DNA of 64,000 nt from Macrostomum lignano (taxonomy: Eukaryota): assembly GCA_002269645.1 (NCBI GenBank), contig NIVC01000386.1:575186-639185 (forward strand), in the 5' to 3' direction. The notes beneath the pieces are model-generated. The model had not been told where the DNA came from and made no database searches. It saw nothing but the letters and a program-made list of their open reading frames with translations. A program made the position numbers and the translations under genes. This document shows, piece by piece, positions 41,201 to 50,547 of this stretch (position 1 is the stretch's first letter; every line of letters begins with the position of its first letter).

Positions 41201-43183
41201 GCTAAAGTCGCACCATGCACATTTGATATTGTACGCATAAGGGTTGAGCTAGCAGAGTCACGCGGCGCAGCCGCTAACAACCCCCCAACACACACACGAT
41301 AGTAGGCGCTGCCTACACCTGGGTCATGGAAGCCTGAGTCATGGAAGGCTGGGTCATGGAAGGCTGGGTCATGGAAGGCTGGGTCATGGAAGCCTTGGTC
41401 ATGGAAGCCTTAGTCATGGTAGCCTGGGTCATGGAAGCCTGGGTCATGGAAGCCTGGGTCATGGAAGCCTGGGTCATGGAAGCCTGGGTCATGGAAGCCT
41501 GGGTCATAAAAGCCTGCATGGGTCAGAAAGCCTCACCATCTTGTCATCGTCCGACAGCCCCAAAGACACGAAGTTCCCCACCGCATGCACCAACAGCCGC
41601 AGGCGGTTCTCGGCCTCCAGGTAGAGGAACTTCACCAGAATCTCGCAGTTCGCGGTATCGCACAGGGCCGGAGACCGCACGCAGCCGAATTCAGTGCCGC
41701 AGGCACCTTCTAGGGGGTTGGGCGACTCTCCAATCGTCAGTGGCGGGAAGGGCGGGTCTTCGCTTGACTGGACGGCGGTCAGCACACTGGAGGTGACGTT
41801 GGACCAGAAGGTGCTGAAGGACTGCACCACCGGCGTTCTGCGTTTGATAGGTTTTTCGGTTTAGACCATTGGTTTTTATTCATGTTACAGTAAACTGGCA
41901 CAGATTACAGTAAACTAGCACAGATTACAGTAAACTAGCACAGATTACAGTAAACTGGCACAGATTACAGTAAACTGGCACAGATTACAGTAAACTAGCA
42001 CAGATTACAGTAAACTAGCACAGATTACAGTAAACTAGCACAGATTACAGTAAACTAGCACAGATTACAGTAAACTAGCACAGATTACAGTAAACTGGCA
42101 CAGATCACAGTAAACTGGCACAGATTACAGTAAACTAGCACAGATTACAGTAAACTGGCACAGATCACAGTAAACTGGCACAGATCACAGTAAACTAGCA
42201 CAGATCACAGTAAACTGGCACAGATTACAGTAAACTAGCACAGATTACAGTCAACTAGCACAGATTACAGTAAACTGGCCCAGATTACAGTAAACTGGCA
42301 TAGATTACAGTAAACTGGCACAGACATCTGTACCATGAATCAGCCAAGATCACTTACGTGAACACCACGTCTCCCACGGAGCGAGGTGGCGCGGTCCAGC
42401 GAGCCGTGATCTCCGACTGCGGAAGGCCGCCGTGGGTGAGGCAGTTCTGTGGGGTCGGGACGTAGGGGGCTTCGGCTTAAAAATGTTTGTCACCAAGTCG
42501 GCCAGTCGATCAACTCAATCGGGAACTCACCGGCAGGCTGGCGTTCTGGCTGTACCAAAAGCCGCCGACGGCGCCGGTGGGCACCTCGAAGCCGCCGACC
42601 AGCTCCTCCGTGTCGCCGCTGACTCGGCGAGCCGCCAGCGCGAAGCCAAGAAACGACTGACCGCTCGTGCCGCGGAGAGTCACTGGTTGCAGTTTTGAAT
42701 GGCAGTTTATTACAGCTGTTAATTTCCCATCGCAGCCCAGGTGAGGCCTACATGTATCTCATCCAGGTGGCTGAGATCTCACCCACGTGACTCCTATCTC
42801 ACCCAAGTGACTCCTATCTCACCCAAGTGACTCCTATCTCACCCAGTTGACTCCTATCTCACCCAGGTGACTCCTATCTCACCCAGTTGACTCTTATCTC
42901 ACCCAGGTGACTCTTATCCCACCTAGGTGTCTTTTATCTTACACCTGGGTAGCTGCTCACCTTGAACAGTCTGGCCGGGCGAGTAGCGGTCTGGGCTGAA
43001 GGTCAACTCGTAGGGCGGAGCTGAGGTCTGCGGCTGGAAGCCGTGCATCGGCACCAGGTTGCTGCACCTGTGGTTCGGCGCGCCGTCGGGAAATGCAGCC
43101 GACAGGTGAACGCCTGACAGCAGGACTACGGCGCTGAGTAGCATCTGCAGTTCCGGGCTCATCGGCAGCCGCGAGTTTGACAT
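32259..43183 (-). CDS. FRRS1: Ferric-chelate reductase 1-like (signal peptide, Reeler, DOMON, cytochrome b561), about 609 aa, 11 exons
   Basis: Exons 43183-42961, 42682-42531, 42446-42358, 41837-41537, 35894-35793, 35724-35535, 34703-34474, 33981-33892, 33812-33647, 33423-33280 and 32401-32259. All GT-AG with compatible phases, total 1830 nt. Reeler FPDGAP..C..LVPMHG..PQ and THGG..WTAP; DOMON SLGLSDDDKMGDD; four heme His (AHGSLM, LHRGFM, SHGAMG, AHQIV). Confidence 0.9.
32717..33225. repeat. 24-bp intronic minisatellite
   Basis: Unit CCACGAGCTCCCAATCTCGGCAAC. Confidence 0.95.
34020..34465. repeat. Degenerate polypyrimidine (CTGCCCCTC-type) intronic repeat
   Basis: Direct reading; G-rich on the gene's sense strand. 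Confidence 0.85.
34790..35498. repeat. 16-bp intronic minisatellite
   Basis: Unit GTGGCTGTGGTCAGGT. Confidence 0.95.
36010..36233. repeat. 15-bp minisatellite, left part, split by the LTR element
   Basis: Unit AGCCTGGGTCATGGA; the same array resumes at 41318. Confidence 0.95.
36583..41048 (-). CDS. Gag-Pol polyprotein with an apparent 1-nt frameshift near the start
   Basis: Gag WREWAARF, knuckles CYRCGERGHATC and CNNCGKPNHLAKAC, protease IDSGAS, RT WVHDDVIV, RNase H VDASPIGLGA..PVAYASR..YAQIERE, integrase H-H-C-C, MDFYGP, DNGPPF and NGATER. ATG 41048 (MATNYIALPPP) is out of frame with EPFVISDD across a C8 run. Confidence 0.92.
36665..37200. repeat. In-frame 12-bp repeat encoding (GQSA)n at the integrase C-terminus, about 45 units
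   Basis: Plus-strand units GGCCGGCGGACT/GGCCGGCTGACT; the frame stays open to RRHPRAARDTPKCYKS*. Confidence 0.95.
41318..41510. repeat. 15-bp minisatellite, right part
   Basis: Unit AGCCTGGGTCATGGA. Confidence 0.95.
41886..42324. repeat. 20-bp intronic minisatellite
   Basis: Unit CAGATTACAGTAAACTAGCA. Confidence 0.95.
42772..42925. repeat. 20-bp intronic minisatellite
   Basis: Unit CTCACCCAAGTGACTCCTAT. Confidence 0.9.
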
Positions 43184-43627
43184 TCTTGACAAAAAATTAT
43201 TGACTTCAAATTACAAAACTTATAATGCACTGCGTAAGCGTTCAAAATGCTGCACTTTCCCGCTTCGTGGCGGCATTGGATGGGATGGGAAAGCCACGCC
43301 CTGTAGCCTCAGGCCCCGCCCTGTGGCCGCTGTCTGACAGCAGTACGCAGGGGCTGACGGAAGGGGGAGAAAATCTCTCCCCATGGGAAAGAGTTAAACA
43401 GATAGAATTTAGGAGACGCTGAGAAGGCACTGCCCTTTTCCAATCCTGCTCTGAGCTCGGCAATTCATGTAGAGGCATGCGACTGCAGGTGAGATGTACA
43501 TGTAATTATATGTACATGTAGCCCAGGTAAGCGGAGGATGAACCAGAAGATATCCTCTCACACTCTGTGCTTCATTGCCTTTGCTTGCACAAGAGAAATA
43601 TGACAAATATAAGGAAGGAGGGTCGAA

Positions 43628-44175
43628 GGAGGCGATTCCCTGAGGTTGGGAGGCGATTCCCTGAGGTTGGGAGGCGATTCCCTGAGGTTGGGAGGCGATT
43701 CCCTGAGGTTGGGAGACGATTCCCTGAGGTTGGGAGGCGATTCCCGGAGCTGGGAGGCGATTCCCTGAGGTTGGGAGACGATTCCCTGAGGTTGGGAGGC
43801 GATTCCCGGAGCTGGGAGGCGATTCCCTGAGGTTGGGAGGCGATTCCCTGAGGTTGGGAGACGATTCCCTGAGGTTGGGAGGCGATTCCCGGAGCTGGGA
43901 GGCGATTCCCTGAGGTTGGGAGACGATTCCCTGAGGTTGGGAGGCGATTCCCGGAGCTGGGAGGCGATTCCCTGAGGTTGGGAGACGATTCCCTGAGGTT
44001 GGGAGGCGATTCCCTGAGGTTGGGAGACGATTCCCTGAGGTTGGGAGGCGATTCCCTGAGGTTGGGAGACGATTCCCTGAGGTTGGGAGGCGATTCCCTG
44101 AGGTTGGGAGACGATTCCCTGAGGTTGGGAGGCGATTCCCTGAGGTTGGGAGGCGATTCCCTGAGGTTGGGAGGT
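43628..44175. repeat. 21-bp minisatellite
   Basis: Unit GGCGATTCCCTGAGGTTGGGA. Confidence 0.95.
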
Positions 44176-44654
44176 GAGCTGAAGTCGATACTGTGCCATT
44201 TAACTTGTAGAACTGTAGTCAATTCCGGTGCCACCAGTAGACAGCTGAGTTCAGTGGCTTCAACAGCGACTCAAATTTCAGCATTTAATCTGAGCTCCAA
44301 GGCTGAGAGTTCAGCTTTATGCTGCTAAAATTGAGATAAGAAATCTACTAGCTGTTTAAAGTATGGAAAAGTCAGCGAGCCAAGGCGAGTTATCGGTTGC
44401 CCTTGGAGACCAGCAGGTTAAGCCGTTTTATTTATAGCTGATAGCACCGCGAAGGAAAAGTACAAGTCATTAATCGACACTCGGGCTGCGTATAAAAAAT
44501 GATTACTGAAGTGAGTTTGCTACGTTATGAATTTGCACCACTTGTCACTGCTGTTGAGGACAGGGCACCTCTGTCAGTCGGCCTCTCGTTTCTGTTTCTG
44601 TCATTCTAGTTTTTTAGTCAGTCAGTTATTTTACCAATTAAAAGCACACGTGAG

Positions 44655-45185
44655 TCAGAGTAAAAACCTGCGAGTCTGAGAGCAGGAGCACACCTGTGAG
44701 TCAGAGTAAAACCTGTGAGTCAGAGACCAGGAGCACACCTGTGAGTCAGAGTAAAAACCTGTGAGTCAGAGACCAGGAGCACATTTGTGAGTCAGAGACC
44801 AGGAGCACACCTGTGAGTCAGAGAGCAGAACACCCAAGTCAGAGACCAGGAGCACACCTGTGAGTCAGAGACCAGGAACACATCTGTGAGTCAGAGACCA
44901 GGAGCACATTTGTGAGTCAGAGACCAGGAACACATCTGTGAGTCAGAGACCAGGAGCACATTTGTGAGTTAGAGACCAGGAGCACACCTGTGAGTCAGAG
45001 AGCAGAACACCCAAGTCAGAGACCAGGAGCACACCTGTTAGTCAGAGACCAGGAGCACACCTGTGAGTCAGAGACCAGGAGCACACCTGTGAGTCAGAGA
45101 CCAGGAGCACACCTGTGAGTCAGAGACCAGGAGCACACCTGTGAGTCAGAGACCAGGAGCACACCTGTGAGTCAGAGACCAGGAG
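44655..45185. repeat. 26-bp minisatellite
   Basis: Unit GAGTCAGAGACCAGGAGCACACCTGT. Confidence 0.9.
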
Positions 45186-46011
45186 TAAATCTGATTCAGA
45201 GCAGGAGCGCACCGATGAGTCTAAACGAAAAAAGCTGATTGAGAAGCCATACATGAGGTCAATTCTCTTCTCTTAATTTTGTGCTGTAGATAATTAATCT
45301 CTGCAAGCTCTCAAAGATTTATTCAATTCCGAAATTCGAGCCACAAAATGTTTTAACTGCTGCAAATTAGATTCTCTTCGAGGTGAGATAACAGATATGG
45401 AATATTAAAACAGCCGATTAGTGAATAACATAAAAGCCACAACGAGCATTGTCAAATGAAATTTAATCGGCATAAAATTACTGATTATTTTTAAGGACTA
45501 TGGGTTAATTGCGTTTATTTATTTATTATATTTCACTGTATCGTTTTCGGTGAGAAAATAAGATCAAAAGGTGCCGGCCGCAGTGCTTTGACGACGCAGC
45601 GCGCACGCGATAATTGGGACAGGTGTGAGAAAACGAACGCCGAGCCCTTTTATTCTAGTCATAAAATGCGATGTCGGTTAATTAGCGCACAGGTGAGACA
45701 GATAATAAAATGCTGAAAGGAGTATGTACACCTGGGGTAGACAGAACTGATACGAGGGGGGGGGGGTTGCACAGCGGCGTGAGGCGGGTGTGGGAAATGC
45801 AAACCAAACCGCTAACAAATCTTCTAAATCATAATAACTAAAAAAAGAGAAAATAACAGATTAGAAGTTTTACACAAAAATTACAATTATGCTTTACACT
45901 TGCCATATGCTTTTCTTATACTGTAGGTGATACCTGATTGGGCTAATGAGCAGAGGGGTCAGAGGAGACCTAGGGTTCCGAAGATGCAGGTGCACACAGA
46001 GGGCCAGGGGG

Positions 46012-46200
46012 ACAGGAGCAGAGGGGCAGGGTAGGGGCAGAGGGGCAGGGAGGGGCAGAGGGGCAGGGAGGGGCAGAGGGGGCAGGGGAGGGGCAGAGGG
46101 GGCAGGGAGGGGCAGGGTAGGGGCAGAGGGGGCAGGGAGGGGCAGAGGGCAGGGGAGGTGCAGAGGGAGCAGGGGAAGAGCAGAGAGGGCAACGTAGCGG
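46012..46200. repeat. Purine-rich GGGGCAGA/GGGAGG repeat downstream of ING
   Basis: Direct reading. Confidence 0.85.
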
Positions 46201-46298
46201 GCAGAGGGTCAGCAGGTACAGAATAACAGAAAACACAAACCAGAACTCAAAAAGTCTAACGAGTTCCCCGAAGCCGCCAGCGCAGTCATTCAGCCAGC

Positions 46299-47705
46299 TC
46301 AGGACTTCTTGTGCTTGCGAGCGTCCTGGCACTTGGGGCAGAACCACTTGCCCTTGGGCTTGGTGCTCAGGCCCACGCAGTTGAAGTGAAACCACTCGAT
46401 CGGGCAGTCGACATTGTCGCAGCCGATCATGTCACCGTAGGACACCTGGTGGCAGATGCAGTAGGTCGGCTCGTTCGGGTCCACCGGCATGTCCAGCACC
46501 TCCGCCGGGTTGTTCGTCAGCGTCAGGGTCAGCGCCGCCGTGATCGGAAGGCCGGACGGCGGCAGTTGCGACGCTGCATCGTCGGCCGTGGATGCCGCTG
46601 TTCCCGCCTCCAGCTTGATGGACTTGCGCCCGGACGCCGCGTCGGCGCCGTTGTCCGCGTCGGCGCGCTGGCGCCGTTTCCGACCGCGTCGGGCGCCGCT
46701 TGGCTCGCCAGCGCCGTCGTCTCCACCGTCGACCGCGTCGGCGCCTCCGCCGCCGCCAGAAGCACCGACACCGGCGGCGCCACCGCCTTTAGCGGCGCGG
46801 TTGGCGCGCTCCTTGAGCTCGGCCTCAAAGCGGGCCAGGTCAGTGTCCAGCCGGCGGATGTGTCGGTCCACCATCTCGTATGTCTGCATGGCCAGCTGCA
46901 CCTGCCAGACGGTCACCAATTGAAACAGGCTTAATGTGAGCTTCCTTCTGATGGCTCTTTGATACCACGATGAACAGAGCTCAGACTCACGCATCGAGCT
47001 TCAGGGTAAATAGGTTTTATTTACAAGCCTGTGAGATCACAACTGCTGCATGCTGCATTAATCGAAGGGTAACACACCTGACTCCAATGTAACACACCTG
47101 ACTCCAAGGTAACACATCTGACACCAATGTAACACACCTGACTCCAAGGTAACACACCTGACTCCAATGTAACACACCTGACTCCAAGGTAACACATCTG
47201 ACACCAATGTAACACACCTGACTCCAAGGTAACACATCTGACACCAATGTAACACACCTGACTCCAAGGTAACACACCTGACTCCAATGTAACACACCTG
47301 ACTCCAAGGTAACACACCTGACTCCAATGTAACACACCTGACTCCAAGGTAACACACCTGACTCTAAGGTAACACACCTGAATCCAAGGTAACACACCTG
47401 ACTCTAAGGAAACACACCTGACTCCAAAGTAGCACACTATAATAGCCTCCTCCACTCACTTTCTCATCAGCAAGCACCCGCCCTCTGGAGAAGAACGCGC
47501 CAATTTCTTTGCACTTGTCAGCTCGCTCGGCCTTGCCCATAGACCGCGCTTCGGTCAGGTACTTAGCGGTGGCCTCCTCGGCCTCGCCCAGAATTGACTG
47601 CACCTTCTGATCGTGGTCGCGAATCAGATTGAAATTCCGTTCCAGGTCAGCCGGCAAGCTTTCCAAGCTGTCCAGATAGTGCTCCAGGTACATCGCGGAT
47701 GCCAT
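46299..47705 (-). CDS. ING5: Inhibitor of growth protein ING4/ING5 (PHD finger), about 282 aa, 2 exons
   Basis: [19 protein letters not shown]-terminus. Exon 47705-47460 (GTGAGT donor) joins in phase 0 to 46901-46299 ([26 protein letters not shown]). [55 protein letters not shown]4 versus ING5 is not resolvable. Confidence 0.95.
47068..47436. repeat. 20-bp minisatellite filling the ING intron
   Basis: Unit GTAACACACCTGACTCCAA(G/T). Confidence 0.95.
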
Positions 47706-47807
47706 CTTGGCTGATAGAGCAGAAGATAATTTGCAGGTATTAAATTCTAGTAATAAAAAAGTAAGATAATATCAAAATCGAATTTGTACGTGTGAATAAG
47801 GAATTGT

Positions 47808-48190
47808 TGATTCCACTCCCATTAGGCATCAATCCTACTCCGATTAGGGATCAATTCTAATTCCATTAGGCATCAATCCTATTCCCATTAGGCATAAATA
47901 TTATTCAAACTAAGCAGCAATCCTACCCTACACCCATAAGGCATCAATCCTATTTCCATTAGGCATCGATCCTATCGCCATTAGGCATCAATCCTATTCC
48001 GATTAGGCATAAATATTATTCAAACTAAGCAGCAATCCTACCCTACACCCATTAGGCATCAATCATATTTCCATTAGGCATCAATCCTATTTCCATTAGG
48101 CATCAATCCTATTCCGATTAGGCATCAATCCTATTCCGATTAGGCATCGATCCTAACCCCATTAGGCATCAATCTTACTCCTATTAGGCA
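47808..48190. repeat. Degenerate 21-bp tandem repeat between DPM3 and ING
   Basis: Unit CCATTAGGCATCAATCCTATT. Confidence 0.85.
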
Positions 48191-48650
48191 TGGAGCCTAC
48201 CAGAGGAAAGCAGAGAAGCCAGGAAGACACATAGCAAAGAGAAAATGTATTTAATAATTTTGACAGCTTGCAAAATTGACAGTAGAAATTCACAGCCATT
48301 ATCCAAGAAACATTAATGTATCAACATTGTCTAAAACTATTAAATTAGCCAGTCCAGGTCAAAAGCACCGAAGCCAGCGGAGGGACAGAAGGGCATAAAT
48401 AGAGAGGATTATTGGCAATAAAAATGCAGGTTTCCAATGGACGGGGCAGGACTGGAAGGCACCGCAAAGTGATTTAATAAAGGCTGACTTTATTAAAATA
48501 AAACAAACATGTTTATAAAGAGTTTGTGAAAAAGCTTTGAAAGTTTCAAAACAAAAGCCAGAATTTCTAAGCTGCTTTAAAGCTTGGTTGAATATCATTT
48601 TGTAAAGTTAAAACGGCCCTTTTCAGGGCACCCATAACCATATATGGAAG

Positions 48651-48950
48651 TCAGGAAGCGGCTGTAAACGCGAAGCCGCGCTTAGCCAGATCCGCCTTGG
48701 CCGTCTCGATCTCCTTCACCAATTCGGCGTGCGCCTGCGGACAGTCGACAAAGGTGAGCACGCGGTAGACAACAGTGATTAGGGAGGCCAGGCCCAGCGC
48801 CAGGGCGCAGTACACGGGCAGGAAGGCGGCCGCGTGGCGCCAGACGGGCCCAGGGTTAGCGGGCGCCACGGCGCCAGACAGCATCAGCAGCCAGGCGGTT
48901 GGGAGGGCCAGGCCGGCGAGCAGCCATTGATGCAGCTTAGTGAGAGCCAT
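48651..48950 (-). CDS. DPM3: Dolichol-phosphate mannosyltransferase subunit 3, intronless, 99 aa
   Basis: TKLHQWL N-terminus, two TM helices, LPVY, YRVLTFVDC..AHAEL..EI..AKADLAKRGF, matching the DPM3 family pattern. Confidence 0.93.
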   Translation of the reverse strand: MALTKLHQWLLAGLALPTAWLLMLSGAVAPANPGPVWRHAAAFLPVYCALALGLASLITVVYRVLTFVDCPQAHAELVKEIETAKADLAKRGFAFTAAS

Positions 48951-49695
48951 GATAGGCCAGCTGCGGGATATTCATTGAAATCGATCAATCAAGACTTTAT
49001 AGTTATTGACATTTTGACGTGTCGAGTTAGCTACGAGCGTATAAAAATATGAATCCAGTTATCTTTTGCCGATAGGGCACAGGTTCGTTCACACTGCCAT
49101 TAAATTAGACAGATTTTTGGACAAATACAAATACTCGGTACTCGTTTCTAACCGAGTTTTAACGAGCATTAGACGAGTATTTATAAATCAACCATTCGCA
49201 ACTGACCCGTCAATTTTGATGCCGATTGGATTGAAACTTTTAAAAAGTAATATTCACGATTTTCTTTCCTAGGAAAGGCATAAAATCCACTTTTATGAAG
49301 TGATTTTTCCCGCGAAATTAAAGATTTTAAAAAAGCTGCCACGCTTTTTGATCTGGCACTCAGAATTCTTCCCTTTTTCAGATGCTCGGTACTTGATAAC
49401 TCGCTCAGCTCTGGTCCCGAGTTCCCGACTTTTCTCCGAGTCGGACACGAGCCCCGACTTTTGCCGGGATTCTAGGCAGAACTTTTTCGTGCCTCGGACC
49501 GGAACAGGCTTAGCAGTCCGAATATTAAAATAAATGACGGACATTGCGACAACGATGTTGAGAAACTTATGGTATATAAGTTAGCGACTGTCAACACAAA
49601 AACAGAAGAGCGACAGAAAATCGATCGATAAATTATTTTATTTCAATAAGTCGAAACCAGACAAAAAAGGTATTATTTAGACGCGGCTGAGACCG

Positions 49696-50547
49696 TCAGC
49701 CCAGCAGCTTGGCCAGCAGGTCGGCCCGCTCGGCGCCAACCCGAGCCAGGCAGGCGGGCAGACAGAGCAGCTGGAAGGCCAGCACCGCCTGCAGGCAGAT
49801 GGCCGCGTAGGCCAGCCGAGCTCCGGCCGTGTCGGCCGAGTAGGCGAGTCCTCCGCTGCCTCCGGAGGTTGTCGTTGCCGCCGTCAGTTCGCCGACCAGA
49901 ACGTGCAGGCAGGCGACAAAGGCAACTGTGGCCAGCAGGGCGATGCTGGCGCAGGCGAACGCGGCGAATAGAAGGCGACGCTGGACGGCGAATTGGCGAG
50001 CGGCGAAAGCGGCCAGAGCCAGGAGGGCGAGGCAGGCGGCCAGGCAGACGGGGGTGGCGGCCTGGCACAGCAGCATGGCGGGCCGGAAGCGGCACAGGGC
50101 CGGCAGGGCCGCGCAGTCGGGGGGCTCGGAGGCGCAGCGCAGGCCGCCGCTGCTGTTGCCGGGCACAGCCAGGTCGCAGTGATGGCCGAGGCTCAGCAGG
50201 CGGGTGACGGCGACAGCGGGAGGCTGATGGCGGCTGCGCGGTCGCGAAGATGTCGACGACGCCGTCGCGCCTCCAGTGGCGACCTCGCGCACCAGATCGG
50301 AGACGAGAGGCGCACACACGGCCAGGCAGACGGCGAAGCAGGCCAGGATGCCCACGGACAGGTGAACCGGGCGGAGCCGCTTCAGTCGCCAAGCGGGACC
50401 CCCGCCGCAGGCGGCTGCGGCCAGCAGGGGCGGCAGCGACTGGCGGCGGCTCTCGGGGGAGATAGCGGCGTCGCGGCCTTCAGCGTCGGCAAGAAGCGGC
50501 AGTTTTGAATTGTCATCGTCGGCACGGTACCCGGGCGAGCAGCTCAT
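49696..50547 (-). CDS. Four-TM protein, claudin/PMP22-like topology, intronless
   Basis: Likely ATG 50547. Four hydrophobic helices. The first loop has LSLGHHC...C (GLW-C-C-like). GC-rich codon bias. Confidence 0.6.
   Translation of the reverse strand: MSCSPGYRADDDNSKLPLLADAEGRDAAISPESRRQSLPPLLAAAACGGGPAWRLKRLRPVHLSVGILACFAVCLAVCAPLVSDLVREVATGGATASSTSSRPRSRHQPPAVAVTRLLSLGHHCDLAVPGNSSGGLRCASEPPDCAALPALCRFRPAMLLCQAATPVCLAACLALLALAAFAARQFAVQRRLLFAAFACASIALLATVAFVACLHVLVGELTAATTTSGGSGGLAYSADTAGARLAYAAICLQAVLAFQLLCLPACLARVGAERADLLAKLLG

Larger units (their letters stand above)
36234..41317 (-). mobile_element. Full-length Ty3/Gypsy LTR retrotransposon, probably Mag lineage, recent insertion
   Basis: 235-bp LTRs at 36234-36468 and 41083-41317, identical by eye, TGTAG...CTACA ends. 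5-bp TSD CCTGG at 36229-36233 and 41318-41322. PPT (minus strand GGGGGGGAGAAG) at about 36469-36482. PBS-like TGGCATCGCAAG after the 5' LTR. Domain order PR-RT-RH-IN. Confidence 0.97.

Noticed and set aside
41083-41295. N-terminal 70 aa of the 1570-aa ORF as real Gag sequence
   Set aside because: It is LTR sequence (the same peptide appears at the other LTR); the in-frame ATG lies upstream of the TATA/poly(A)-like region, and a better start exists at 41048.
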